A stretch of DNA of 63,812 nt, counting the filler, from Octopus bimaculoides (taxonomy: Eukaryota): assembly GCF_001194135.2 (NCBI RefSeq). It is 6 parts of 5 records of this genome, joined end to end, with 100 filler letters (N's around TTAATTAATTAA, not from the genome) between each part and the next. Parts side by side here need not be neighbours in the genome. Positions count along the whole stretch, not along the records: positions 1 to 18,373 come from NC_068985.1; 5 more parts are not named here. The stretch is one strand, 5' to 3'. The translations under genes and the position numbers were made by a program. The notes under the pieces were generated by a model. That model saw only the letters and a program-made list of their open reading frames with translations. It was not told the origin of the DNA and searched no databases. Below, in pieces: positions 1-11,927 of this stretch (positions within the stretch are counted from its first letter, which is position 1; each line of letters begins with the position of its first letter).

Positions 1-40
1 TATATATATACTAACGCTAACACCCTATCTTTAAGATAGC

Positions 41-72
<32 letters not shown>

Positions 73-838
73 TTACAGAGAAAGAGAACATTGTCAATTA
101 AAAACCTACTAACTGAACACAAATCAAAGTATTTTCATAAACATCTGTAGTCAATTTTTATAATGAATTTTCCTGTTGTTTGATTAACTGAACTACCTAC
201 TCTCATGATTTGGAAGGGAATTTCATAACCACTTGGTTATACCTTTTTCCATATACATACCACAAACATGCATGCACACATACATGCATGCACACATACA
301 TGCATGCACACACATGCATGCACACACAGGCATGCACACACACAGACACGCAAATACACACACACATGTACACAAACATATACACATTGACTTTATTTTG
401 ATACTATAATCCTCATGATGAAATTTTATAAAAGATGCTATAAATTTCTCATTTTTTTGTCATTGTTTCATATCTTGGAAATGTAGCTGACAGTTACGAA
501 ATAGTTAATTTCTTTATTCTATTTTCTCCCCTCAAACTTTAACTTTTAGACACATTATGAATTCCATATATGATGTACAGGATGTTAGTAAATGTAGATT
601 ATTCGAAAGCCCTTCCTTTATTTTAAGTCATTATGGCAACTATTACTAGAATTCTATTTTCTAAACTGTTTAAATAAACATGAAATAATAGAAAATTGTT
701 TGAGGTTATAAGTAGAGTGATGTATGTTGTTGGAATTTCCACAGTAACTTTGACTTTAGTAGATAAATTGAAACCACGATAAATTATTTGGTTATGTGTT
801 TTTATAAGCTTCAACAACAATGAATTTGAAATTATATA

Positions 839-1730
839 CGAGGTCTGATCAATAAGTATCCGGACTGTTGTCATAATAACGAAACCAAAGTATGCTTGGC
901 AAAAAGCTGCTTGGCAAAAATTGACCTTGTGCTCTGCTGTGAATGCACACCAAGTTTTAACGCTCAAGCTCACATCTACTGTTTACAGCAGTGTTTTTAA
1001 GGAAGGTGTGTAACGTGATCATTGCATTAACCATGACAGAGAAAGCTGTCATGACTATACCTGCTCAGAGGCCAATGCAAAGTTGCAGAAAGTGTATGGA
1101 GAGGAGTGTATAAGCCGCACACAAGTGTACAAGTGGTTCAGACGTTTCCAAGGTGGCCAAAAAGGTGTCAATATTGACGAACATTCTGGGAGACCCGCAA
1201 CCAATAGAACTGAAAAAAAGATTGCAGATGTGCTTACAGTAGTGAGGGGAAATCATCAAATCACTATCTGAGAGTTATCAGAGGATGCACAGATTAGTTA
1301 CTGTTCAGTTCCATCCATTATCACTGAAGATTTGGAGTAAGACACGTGTTTGCCAAGTTTGTATCAAAACTGCTTTCAGCTAACCATAATGAGACTCAGG
1401 TTTCAGTTGCACAAGATCTCCTTGATTGTGTCAAGAATTATGAAAATTTTTTGAAAACTTTGCATAGGCCTCTGAGCAGGTATCGCCAAGCTTTTGGCCA
1501 AATTTAATGCAGATTCACTGCTCAACTTTCTGTCATGTTCAGTGTGATGATCACAAGCTACACACATTCCTCCCAAGCACTGCTATAAACAACAGAAGTG
1601 AGCTAGACTGTTAAAAGTTAGTGTACTTGCACATCAGAATTCAAGGTCAATCTGTTCCAAGTGGCTTCACTCTGTGTGCTTTAGCTTCATTACCATGGCA
1701 ACAGTCTAGATACTTATTGATCAGACCATG
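839..1730 (+). mobile_element. Non-autonomous mariner derivative with long (~250-275 bp) terminal inverted repeats
   Basis: TA at 837-838 and 1731-1732. 30-bp TIRs 839-868 (cgaggtctgatcaataagtatccggactgt) and 1701-1730 match 26/30. Arms 839-1084 and ~1456-1730 are reverse complements. The interior encodes a decayed transposase N-terminus (QKVYGEECISRTQVYKWFRRFQGG..DEHSGRP; RHVFAKFVSKLL, equivalent to the WVPxxL region). No DDD domain. Confidence 0.9.
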
Positions 1731-2143
1731 TACAAAAGATAATTTGCTAGTTGCTGGAATAACCTCAAGTTTCACTACTAAGAATTTCCTCAACATCCTA
1801 AATCAGGCATATAGGTGAGCTATTTAAGTTATTTATTTATATTCATTTATCTATGGACAAATCAATTTACTTTCACAATTACTAAGCATTCAGTGTTGGA
1901 GTGATTGATATATTTGTTTGTTGCCTTGGTTTGGTAACCCTATTCAACCCTAACCCCCTATAACATGCTGTCATTAATTGAAGCATTAGCATTAGTAAGG
2001 GTATCTAACTTTGAAAACAATTGCTCTAACAATTCTTCCAGATTGGTCCATCTAAAACCAAATAAACTAAATTTGAAGACACATTAGATAAGATATTTAA
2101 GGAAAAAACAAAACAAAAATTTTAAAAAATCAATTCTTAAGTA

Positions 2144-3388
2144 TTGGGTCATCCCATAAATAATGCAGTTTTTTCAGTTGCATCAACTAAAAGTCAGAGA
2201 GGTACAGGATAAACAGCCTGCATCAACTTACAAGTAGTAATTTTGCCTTGTGCTTATTCTTGGTGCAAGTTTTGAAGAGTGCAGTTTGATTTTAACAGTT
2301 ATTTCTTCAAAGCTATAAATGGAAGTGATGAAGGAGCATATTTGGCATATTTTGCTTTATAAATTCAATAAAGGCAACAACGCAATGGAAAGTGTGAGGA
2401 ATGCAGTTTATGGGATCAGACAATTAGCGTAAACCAGTGTCAACAGTGGTTCCAGAAAACTGGGGATGAAAACTAAAGGCTAGAAGATGCGCCTCATCCT
2501 GGAAGATCTGTAGAGCGCAACGAGGATGTCCAACAAACTCTGGTGGAACAAAATCTCATTGTAACTGTTGAGGAACTAGCAGAGAAGCTTGGATTTAGTC
2601 ATTCAACCATTCATTGACATCTGTGTGCCATCAGAAAAGTTAGCAAATTGGGTCGATGGGTTCCTCACAAACTTTCCGAGTCTAATCGCATGCAGAGAGT
2701 GAATGTTTGCTCTTCTTTGCTGTCATTTTTGGGACCAAATAGTGACTGGTGACAAGAAATGGGTTCCCTGTAAAAATGTCAAGCGCTGAAGACAGTAAGT
2801 AGGGAAAGGAGAAACAGTGGCACCCCAGGCTAAAGAAGGTCTTCACCCGTGTAATTTGTTGTTATCTGTTTGGTGGGTTTAGCCCACTTTGAGCTTTTAA
2901 ACCCAAACCAAACGATAACAAAAGAGATCTACTGCAAGCAGCCTGAGTGGCTTAAGTCAGTGCTAGAAGAAAAATGGCCATCTCTAGTTTCAAGATGAAA
3001 GGTGTTCTTCCATCAGGATAATGCTCAGCTACATACAGTGAGGATGACATTCCAAAAGCTGGAGAAGTTTGAATGGGAAACGATGCCCTACCCACCATAT
3101 TTTCCAGACATTGCCTCATCTGGTTATTATTTATTCCGCAATCTTCAAAATCATTTGGATGGAAAAAATATGAACACTGTAGACGAGGTCAGAACTGTAT
3201 TGGAGGAGTATTTTTCATCACAGACAAGTGAATTTTGGAAGAGGGGCCTTGCAAGTCTGCTAGATAGATGGAAGAGCATTTTAGAAAATGAAGGAGAGTA
3301 TGTTTTAGATTAAAAAGGGACTTTGTTTATCTAAATTTTGAAAAATAAAAGTATAAAAAAAGGACACATTATTTATGGGATGATCTAA
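2144..3388 (+). mobile_element. Full-length (1245 bp) decayed mariner (DD34D) transposon
   Basis: TA at 2142-2143 and 3389-3390. 22-bp TIRs ttgggtcatcccataaataatg / cattatttatgggatgatctaa. Transposase remnants on +. Confidence 0.95.
2319..3313 (+). pseudogene. Mariner transposase pseudogene
   Basis: MEVMKEHIWHILLYKFNKG.., WVPHKL, VTGDKKWV, FHQDNAQLH, YPPYFPDIASSGYYLF. There are 34 residues between the second Asp and the third catalytic position, which is now Gly. Multiple stops and frameshifts. Confidence 0.92.
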
Positions 3389-3782
3389 TATATATCTCCA
3401 TTCATTAAGCTTTGTTTATAATATAAACAGTCAGTACATTTGGATCTGAATGTGTATGATGCCTTGTAATATCAGAATGTTTCAATATAAGCATGTGAAG
3501 TAAGATAAGCAAACTGAAGGACAATCTTACATATTGCATTCTCCCTGCCAGCTGCTTTCCAAAGCACAAAACCCAGTACATATCTTGAAGGAAAGCACTG
3601 TTTTACAAAAGAAATGATATTTTAATTTCCAATGGAAAGAAGTATTTAAACAAAACTATAATTTACACCTCATACATATGCACACTTTTAAATTTTGTGC
3701 TTGTTATTTGTTATATAAGCACAGATGTACCAAAAGAAAAATACTTCAAAAATAAGAATGGTAAATTAGATACAATCAAATC

Positions 3783-3930
3783 TGTGTAGTAAGAAGCTTG
3801 CTTCCCAGCCATATGGTTCTCAGTTCAGTCCCACTTTGTGGCATTGGGCAGATGTCATCTACTATAGCCTTGAGCTGACCAAAGCCTTGTAAGTAGATTT
3901 CATAGATGGAAACTGAAAGAAGCCTATTGT
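3783..3930 (+). mobile_element. tRNA-derived SINE family A, 5' half
   Basis: A-box/B-box-like head (tgtgtagtaagaagc...agttcagtccc) followed by the ttgggcagatgtc..gaccaaagccttg..ggaaactgaaagaagcc body shared with copies at 17684, 23135 and 36512. Confidence 0.8.
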
Positions 3931-3959
3931 GGATAACATCAGGATGCATACAAGACAGA

Positions 3960-4545
3960 GTATAAGTGATCTGGGAAAAAAATTGGGTACATGAGGCATG
4001 AGATGTAGTGTTCAATAGAGAAGATTGCACTGGTACAGTCATGCAAAGCATATGGATGAGGACAACTGCATCAAAAAGTTCCAATCACTAATTGTGGAGT
4101 GAATGTATGGAAGATGTGGGATGAAGTGGAGAGAAAGGATCTTCAGATGTTGGGCCTCACAGAGGAGATGACAAGGGACTGAGACCTCTGGTGGTTAGCT
4201 GTGCTTGAGAAAATATGTCAAGCTAAGTGAAATTGTGGCCGTCCTTGCCTACAGGCATGCTCCCTTTATCCCTCTTCAGCTGGGTAATTCTAATCTTGTG
4301 GTCTCATGGGTGTTGGTGCCATGTAAAAAGCACCCGTACTGGTACCACATAAAAACACCCATGCCAGTGCTGTGTAAAAGCACCCAATACACTCTGTAAT
4401 GTGGATGGCATTAGGAATGGCACTCAGCTGTAAAAATCATGCTAAAACTGACATGGAGCCTAGGTAGCTCTTCAGCTGACCAGCTCCCACTAAACTATCC
4501 AGCCCAAAACAGCATGGAAAACGAACATATTATGATGATGACGTT
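3960..4545 (+). mobile_element. 5'-truncated RTE-clade LINE (ORF2 C-terminus, 3' UTR, ATG-repeat tail)
   Basis: Translates RRLHWYSHAKHMDEDNCIKK..WDEVERKDLQMLGLTEEMTRD*DLW, typical of the RTE ORF2 end. The 3' UTR ends cagcatggaaaacgaacatattatgatgatgacg. Confidence 0.85.
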
Positions 4546-5134
4546 GATTGAAACAAGCAAAAGATAAAACAGGAGATACTTACATAACACTAATGATGAT
4601 TGCTAACAGAGGTACAATGTCGATTTAATTAGCATACCTAGTTATAGAAGGAAAAGTATAGAGGAGATAAAAATCAGGCCAGTTATGAAAAATAGGTTAG
4701 AATATAAAATGTTCAACCAGAAAATAATCTGCCTTCTGGTTATAACATGGCAAGCATAAGTTTTAAGCTATCTATGTAGGTATTGTATGCATGCATGTAT
4801 GTATGCACACATGCATGTTCACATATATACATGATAAGCATGCAGATATATATATATGCACTTGTTGCCTGCTAAGTAAATTGTTACAAAGAAGTAAATT
4901 GTAAGACTGGTGTTTCTATTTTCCTGTGAGCATAACCATCAAATTTCTTTAAGAAAAATGACAAGGTGGTTATTGAGAACATAAACAGTATCATAGAGAG
5001 AATGTAATCTTGTAATATATATCAGTGACAAGAGGGCCACTTCCTGTATTTAATTTCGGAATTGTGACCCACAAGTTGAAGGGATTAGCAAGTTGGAGAG
5101 ATTCTAGCATCTATTAGTTGAGAACAGAATTGAC

Positions 5135-5660
5135 TATGACCAAGTTCCTCCTATGCTACCACACATTTGACATCATAAATTTGTTAATCAAGAGCTGTTC
5201 AACACATCCCCAAACTTATTTTTCTCAGCTGCTTGTTCAGCTGTGATGGTATTATAACTACCAGAATGTCTTTACAGAATAAGCTCAAACAGGCTGCATA
5301 GATTTTATACATGAAATTCTGGCATGTAACTGGCTGATAGTTTCACTATGCGAGTGTCATCATTATGAGACATCAGTTTTGTTTTTGTCAGCATCAACCA
5401 GGTTAGTTTGCTTATATCTCCTCTAAGAGCTTAGAAATAAATGTTATTTTGAGCTAGTCTCTGACGCTTTCCTACCCTGAAGTTTTTGAATAGCAATCTC
5501 TCTAGTCTCATTTCTTATGCTGTATACCTTTGGTTTCAGGTTTCTTCTAATCACTCTATGGTTTGATTAGACTCCTTTACCTGACTAAAATTTTTTTCCA
5601 GAATGACTCAGTTTTGTCACAAAAAGGAAACTCAGTGACATTTATTCATTGTACCCTGAT
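5135..5660 (-). mobile_element. Decayed Dong/R4-clade non-LTR RT fragment
   Basis: Minus strand, with a frameshift: MYKIYAACL..NTITAEQAAEK/VWGCVEQLLINKFMMSNVW*HRRNLVIV. An ESFWKKI motif lies upstream. Confidence 0.7.
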
Positions 5661-5692
5661 ATCTTTGTAAACTGCTGATTGGTTTTGATTAA

Positions 5693-5745
5693 ATTCTTCT
5701 TCTTCTTCTTCTTCTTCTTCTTCTTCTTCTTCTTCTTCTTCTTCA
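5693..5745 (+). repeat. (TTC)n microsatellite
   Basis: Direct tandem run; it produces the poly-Glu ORF artefact 5646-5858. Confidence 0.97.
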
Positions 5746-5749
5746 CCAC

Positions 5750-5990
5750 CATCATCATCATCAGTGTCATCATCGTCATCATCATCCTTTAATGTCTCTT
5801 CTCCATGCTGGCATGGGTTGGGCAGTTTGACCAGAGACAGCAAGCAGGAGAGTTGCACCAGATTTCAGTCTGATTTGGCTAGTTTCTATGGTTGGATGCT
5901 CTTCCTCACACCAACCCTTTTACATGGTATACTAGGTGCTTTTAATGTGACACCAGCATGTGTGCTGTTTATGTGGCACCAGCACAGGAC
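5750..5990 (-). mobile_element. RTE LINE 3' end (or RTE-tailed SINE)
   Basis: Reverse complement of the same 3' UTR seen at 4300-4545 (ccatgctggcatgggttgggcagtttgacc..tggatgctcttcct..ggtgcttttaatgtgacaccagc), with a (CAT)n tail at 5750-5790. Confidence 0.85.
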
Positions 5991-7411
5991 TCTTGCAGTC
6001 CAATCCTCTTCTTCGGTGAGAGTGACATTAAGACTTCTGTTATGGAGGATGGATCTTCTTGAATACAGTAAAGTGCCAGATATTTCATTCCTTTGTCATC
6101 TCCTCCACAAGGGTCACTGTTCTGAATACTTCATGCTATGTCTTCCATGAGTTTCAACCATTTTAAGTGATTAGGGCTTCTTTATGATTGTTAATTATCT
6201 TTTTTCTTCTGACGTCAGAGTTTTTCACTGACAGATTTTAGTTCCAATTTACATGTTTTCTCTTTTAATCATCTCCAAGAATTGTTTCTATTTTATTTTT
6301 CCTTCCATGTTTGATTTAAGTGTGGTTATTTGTTTGCGTATGATACACAATGCCCCATAACTTATATTCTCCACAAACCCTTTTCCTCTCTTCCTAATCC
6401 TCAATGGTATTTTTCTATTGTCTTTTTTTTTTCTTTAATTTTCAGTATATATAAGATGCTTCATTGCAGTTGTTGAGTTTACAGATATTCTCCCTTGATT
6501 TCTTTAAGCACCATTAGAACTAGTTCTTTTTTTTTTTTTTTCATGTTAGGTAGATGCGATCTTTTCTGCAGTTGGTGTTTTAAAAATGAAGTAATCTTCT
6601 CTTGAAAGATTTCACAGAGACAACAATTCAAGAGTTTATACTCCTCACTCTTCTAGTTCAGTATGTTTTTTATCATTACTATTATTAGGTTTTCTGACAG
6701 CATATTTAGGACAGCCAGTTTGGGTAAATGATAGTATATTGATAGTAGAGTGGTCAGCCTGATTGTTAGGGAGCATAGTAGTAGTACAGGCTTGGTTTGT
6801 TTATGAATGCATGCCTGATAAAGGAGATAATCTACTTAGTGTTTTTGTACAGTATTTACATTTTGAGGAAAAAGATAATACTAATGTTAATTCTAATACT
6901 AATGATTTTTCAGTAAAAAATTATTGTAATCAAATGCTTGTTTGCACTCAACATATGTTCCTTGTTTGCATAATTATTCTATTTAAAATAATTTAGTTCT
7001 AAATGAAGTTCATTGCAGTATTATTTTGTTGTCAAAGAGGATCTTCTTTTGTCATTTTAAGCAGGTCATTATTAAGTTTATAACTCCCAGGAAAATGCAA
7101 TTTATAGTTGATTCTTTCTGTAACTACAACTAAAAAGGTTTTGCTTACATCTCTCAATATTTTGCTTCAACTCTTCTCTGGTTAGTTTAATTTTGTCATT
7201 TCTATCCATATTATTTGTAATAGATTTCTCTATAGTAAATTAATCTCACTATGATTTTGAATTAGATATTTTGTCATTGTCTATAATCAGGATAATAATG
7301 AGTCATTTAACAAGGCTGGTAATTGTGGCATTAATGCTGGAGAGGGTATTCATTATACATTCAGTGAGTACTCTCCCAAACCAAATATGACAGCTCTCAT
7401 CAAGGATCTTT

Positions 7412-7505
7412 TGTGTGTGTGTGTGTGTGTGTGCGTGCGCGCGCGCGCGGGTGTGTGAGCGCATGCGTGCATGCATGTATTTATGTGTGGGTGTGCATGC
7501 ACATG
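7412..7505. repeat. (GT)n/(GC)n alternating purine-pyrimidine tract
   Basis: gtgtgt..gcgtgcgcgcgcgcgcgg..gcatgcgtgcatgc; Z-DNA-prone composition. Confidence 0.85.
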
Positions 7506-8439
7506 TATTTATATTTATGTAGATATGTATGCATTTATATATGTATCAACATCTAAATTTGGTTAAATAGCACTTTTCATTTTAACAGTGGCAGTGAGTT
7601 GAACACTTACCAAAACATCTAGATGTGTCACAAGGTAAAACATGGTCAATATTTCTTATTTTCTTTATATGATTTTTTTTTTTTTTCATATATACACACA
7701 ATATACATAATAGCTATCTATCAATCTCTATCTATCTATCTGTCTGTCTGTCTGTCTATGTACATACGTACATATGTATGTATGTATGCATGTATGTACA
7801 TGTGCATACATATATATTCATATAGCACACACAAATATATGCTAGTGTGAAAATGCTATCTTTAAGATAACATTTTACATTGATTTTATAACAATTGTAT
7901 CATATATTCCTATATTGCATATGCATGAATATAAATATGGCATGCTGGTGGAAACAGTATTAAAATAAGGGTGGTGTGTATAGAGTATCTGAAGAATGGC
8001 TGTTTCACCTCTTTAGGTATGGTTTAAGGGAGATTTGCTCGCTATTGAAATGAATGCTATGTACATTATTAAAGTATGCTGAATTATTATTGAATATATT
8101 TTTGTGTATATTGTTACTGCAACTATTACATGTTATGCATAGGTTTTCTTAGATTATTGTATAATCCTAGGTTATTCCAAACATTTTAGTGAGTCCATCA
8201 CATACAATTATTTCACTGGAAATGCTCTGAAGGTCTGGTATCTTCATAATGGTTGTGATGGATCTGATTTTTTTGTTCTTTGTGTTACTGGACATATATT
8301 TATTTACTATTTGAAAGTATTAACAAACATAGATGCAGTAATACTAATTTTGAAAAAAAATAAAACTATTAAAATTGATATTATAAAAAAGTTAATGAAT
8401 TTAAAGTAAAAGAAATATATGTAATAGGTTAATGAAAAA

Positions 8440-10200
8440 GGCTAAAGTGAAAACGAAAAATGTTGAAGCTGAATACCTTATGTTAGTAATTTCATTGATA
8501 ATGTTAATTTAGGTAATGTAGTTAGAAATAATAAAACAAAAACTTTAAACATATAAATATCAAGATTTGTTATAAGCTTGTAAGAAAATATATAATACCT
8601 TATCCTATAAAAACCAGTCATGAAAGTTTGAAAGAAATATACTTAGAAGATTGTAAATGTGATTATTTGGAATTTTGTTATAAAGAAATGGAACGTGTTT
8701 ATACAGGAAATTTAGATATTATTAAAAATAAGGAACTAAGGGAGATTATGAATAAAGGAACAAAATACAGAGAACAAGGTAAAATTAGTAAATATAATTT
8801 AAAGAAAGTTATATTTGAAAGTTATATTTAAAGTCATTTATGAATTCTTAGTGAAATTAAGTCACAAATATAAGGTCAAATTGGAGTAGTTCAATAGCTG
8901 CGTTAGCAAATTAACTTATATGGTAGTTAAACATTTAAAGAAATTTGACAAGTAGATAGGAAAAGATTCAGTTTTGAATAAACCACTAGTTAAAGAATAC
9001 ATAAATGAATTACATAAAAAATAAGTAATAGTACCAGTAGATAAAGCAACAGGGAATTTTGTAGTAATTTGTAAAAAATATTAGATGATGGTTGTAGGTA
9101 AAGAGTTAGGAGTGGATAAGGAATTTAAGTTTATAGGTAATAACACATTACAAAGTTATACCAGAAAAAGTTAAGGAGTTAGTTAACAGACTTATACCCA
9201 CAGTAGAAAGACTGAGTGGTTTAGAAATGGAAGAAAAGGATAAGATATCACTAAACATTTTGGATTCCTAAACTACATACATAAAGTTCCTTTTAAAAGT
9301 AGATTCATAGTAGGAGCTAGTAACTGTACAAATAAACAGCTATCTATATTGGTTAATGATGCTTTAAAAGTTGTTAGAACATATTTAAAAAAATATTCCG
9401 ATAAAATTTATAACAGTTCAGGGATTAGTTTTGGAATATTAGATCAACCAAGGAATTTCTGGAAAGATTGATCAAATGTAAGAAAGTTAAGAGTATGTGT
9501 GTGTATGATTTTTCGACACTGTATACTTAAATCTTAAATGTGCAGAAGATGGTATTTTTTAGAAAATTAAATATTTTTAATAAAGAATATAAATGTATAT
9601 CTTTAAAGAATGGTAAAGGTGTTTTGTCTAATTGTTGTTATAAGGGATATACTAATATATGTAAAAGAAAGATGTAAAGAAATGATTAGTTTTATTATTA
9701 ATAATTCATTTGTTATGCTTGCGGGTAAGGTGTTTGAGCAAATTAGGGGAAATCCAGTGGGTGGCCATTGTAACCCTCTGTTGGCAGACCTTTATCTTTC
9801 TTCATGTTCCTTTTCCTTAAAGACCTATGTGCAAGGAAAAACATTGGTAATGAAACATCTTAATGGATGCAGCAGATACATAGATGATATATTTATACCT
9901 AATAATGGTTTCTTTGAATTTTTACTCAGAAGAATAAACCCTAATGAGCTTATAGCCACCAGAAATGATAACAAAGCAAGGAATATGTTATTCATAGTTA
10001 AGATAATCTTTTAAGTTCTAGAAGTGATAAACCATGTAGTTTGAAAAAACATGTAAGTGTTAATACAGTGTAGTTTTATAATATTTTAAACAGTTTTAAT
10101 TTAGCTTTAATCATAGCAAAGTTTTATAATAATAGTTAATTACAAGTATACTTTTATTAGGGATCTTTTCCCTTTAACCGGCACATTTAAAAAATAATTT
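8440..10200 (+). mobile_element. Heavily decayed Penelope-like element reverse transcriptase (Naiad-like)
   Basis: Collinear motifs: CKCDYLEFCY..VYTGNLDIIKNKELREIMNKGTKYRE (within ORF 8628-8831), VIVPVDKATGNFVVICKKY (~9025), WIPKLH (9261), YDFSTLYT (9504), GNPVGGHCNPLLADLYL (~9747), SRYIDD (~9874). Many stops. Confidence 0.85.
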
Positions 10201-10222
10201 TTTGTAACTAACCACTTACGTA

Positions 10223-10380
10223 TACTGGTAGAATGTGTTATTTAAAACATCATTTACTCTTGGCATTTTAAAGAAAATTGTTTATTTTCGAAGTTTTTTC
10301 GTGTTAAATTTGTCGTATTTCGGTAATTTCAACCAATCAATGACGTCTTTTGAGGTGAAAACAATTACTGCTGTTGTTGG
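10223..10380 (+). mobile_element. Partial arm of the foldback/MITE family also at 16333 and 34500-35034
   Basis: Shares tactggtagaatgtg..aatttcaaccaatca(a)tgacgtc..gaggtgaaaacaattactgc with 16365-16515. Confidence 0.8.
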
Positions 10381-11624
10381 GATTATTATTTGTATAGACT
10401 TAAAGATGAGTATATAATTTAATTATTGTAGGTTTACTATGAATACTGATACAGATGTACATAGATTTATATGTTTCTTGTTGTAGTTTAATTTTAAAGT
10501 TAGGGTTTAATCCTGCCTATATTTTATTGAATACTGTTGTACACTGGGTAAATGTGTTTGAAAGTTGTGCATTTTGTTTTTTTGGTATGTTTGTTCCCAA
10601 ACAGCACTTTTTTTAGTTTTGTTAACACCGCTGGATTGAATGGTACTGCCCAGGTGTCAAAACCATAATGATATCCGTGGGGTAGCTGATGATGGAGGTA
10701 TGTTGGATTGTTGGTATGGGTGTTTTTGTATATGTGGAATAGCATTATAACACATCCTTTTGATATATATGTGTGTTTGTGCATGTGTGTGTGTATGTNN
10801 NNNNNNNNNNNNNNNNNNNNNNNNNNNNNNNNNNNNNNNNNNNNNNNNNNNNNNNNNNNNNNNNNNNNNNNNNNNNNNNNNNNNNNNNNNNNNNNNNNNN
10901 NNNNNNNNNNNNNNNNNNNNNNNNNNNNNNNNNNNNNNNNNNNNNNNNNNNNNNNNNNNNNNNNNNNNNNNNNNNNNNNNNNNNNNNNNNNNNNNNNNNN
11001 NNNNNNNNNNNNNNNNNNNNNNNNNNNNNNNNNNNNNNNNNNNNNNNNNNNNNNNNNNNNNNNNNNNNNNNNNNNNNNNNNNNNNNNNNNNNNNNNNNNN
11101 NNNNNNNNNNNNNNNNNNNNNNNNNNNNNNNNNNNNNNNNNNNNNNNNNNNNNNNNNNNNNNNNNNNNNNNNNNNNNNNNNNNNNNNNNNNNNNNNNNNN
11201 NNNNNNNNNNNNNNNNNNNNNNNNNNNNNNNNNNNNNNNNNNNNNNNNNNNNNNNNNNNNNNNNNNNNNNNNNNNNNNNNNNNNNNNNNNNNNNNNNNNN
11301 NNNNNNNNNNNNNNNNNNNNNNNNNNNNNNNNNNNAGTATCATGTTATAAATATTGGGGCAGAAACAACAGTAATAGTGTATTTTATTTTTTCTCTTTCC
11401 TTAAGGTGTCAAAAAGTTTTGAACTGAAAAAATAAAGCCACGTTTCTTTCAATTTCATGTTTTGTATGAACAAACAATATTTTCAAATTAAAAAAAATAC
11501 GTAAAGTTAGAATATCCCAATGTTATATATATATATATCTGAATATGTATAGGGATGAGTCTCATGTTTCCAATATTGGAGCTACATTTTGAATCAAAAA
11601 CGCAAATTCGCTGCTTTTCTTTCA

Positions 11625-11925
11625 AACATTCAATTTTGGAGATCATTTTTTGATTAAGTGTAGCTCCATTGCTTTTTGGGATTGCAGATCATCCCGTGAA
11701 CATTTATAAAAGGGAAAGATTTTGAATTTTTCATCACTGCATATTTCCAGATGCTTGCTTAATGGAATCTTGCATAATTCCTCTTGTGGGATATGATGCC
11801 TGTGGATTCTTGCACGATGGCAGATGGAATTATTTGTTTCACCAAAGTAATTTTCTTTGCAGTTTGGGCAGGTAATGCATTGCATTTACTTTGAACGAGA
11901 ATCTGCTCTTGAATTTTATGTGGGA
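11625..11925 (-). mobile_element. Penelope-like element GIY-YIG endonuclease fragment
   Basis: ORF 11643-11885: CITCPNCKENYFGETNNSICHRARIHRHHI..PLSKHLEIC..FKIFPFYK..ELHLIKK*(S)PKLN, the typical PLE C-terminal GIY-YIG layout. Confidence 0.88.
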
Positions 11926-11927
11926 GG

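Noticed and set aside
10682-10770. CTGATGA downstream of the Naiad-like RT, and an atggt/accat hairpin near 10640-10672 considered as a SECIS
   Set aside because: The hammerhead lacks GAAA, stem III and stem I. The hairpin's helix is too short and the AA motif is misplaced for a SECIS.
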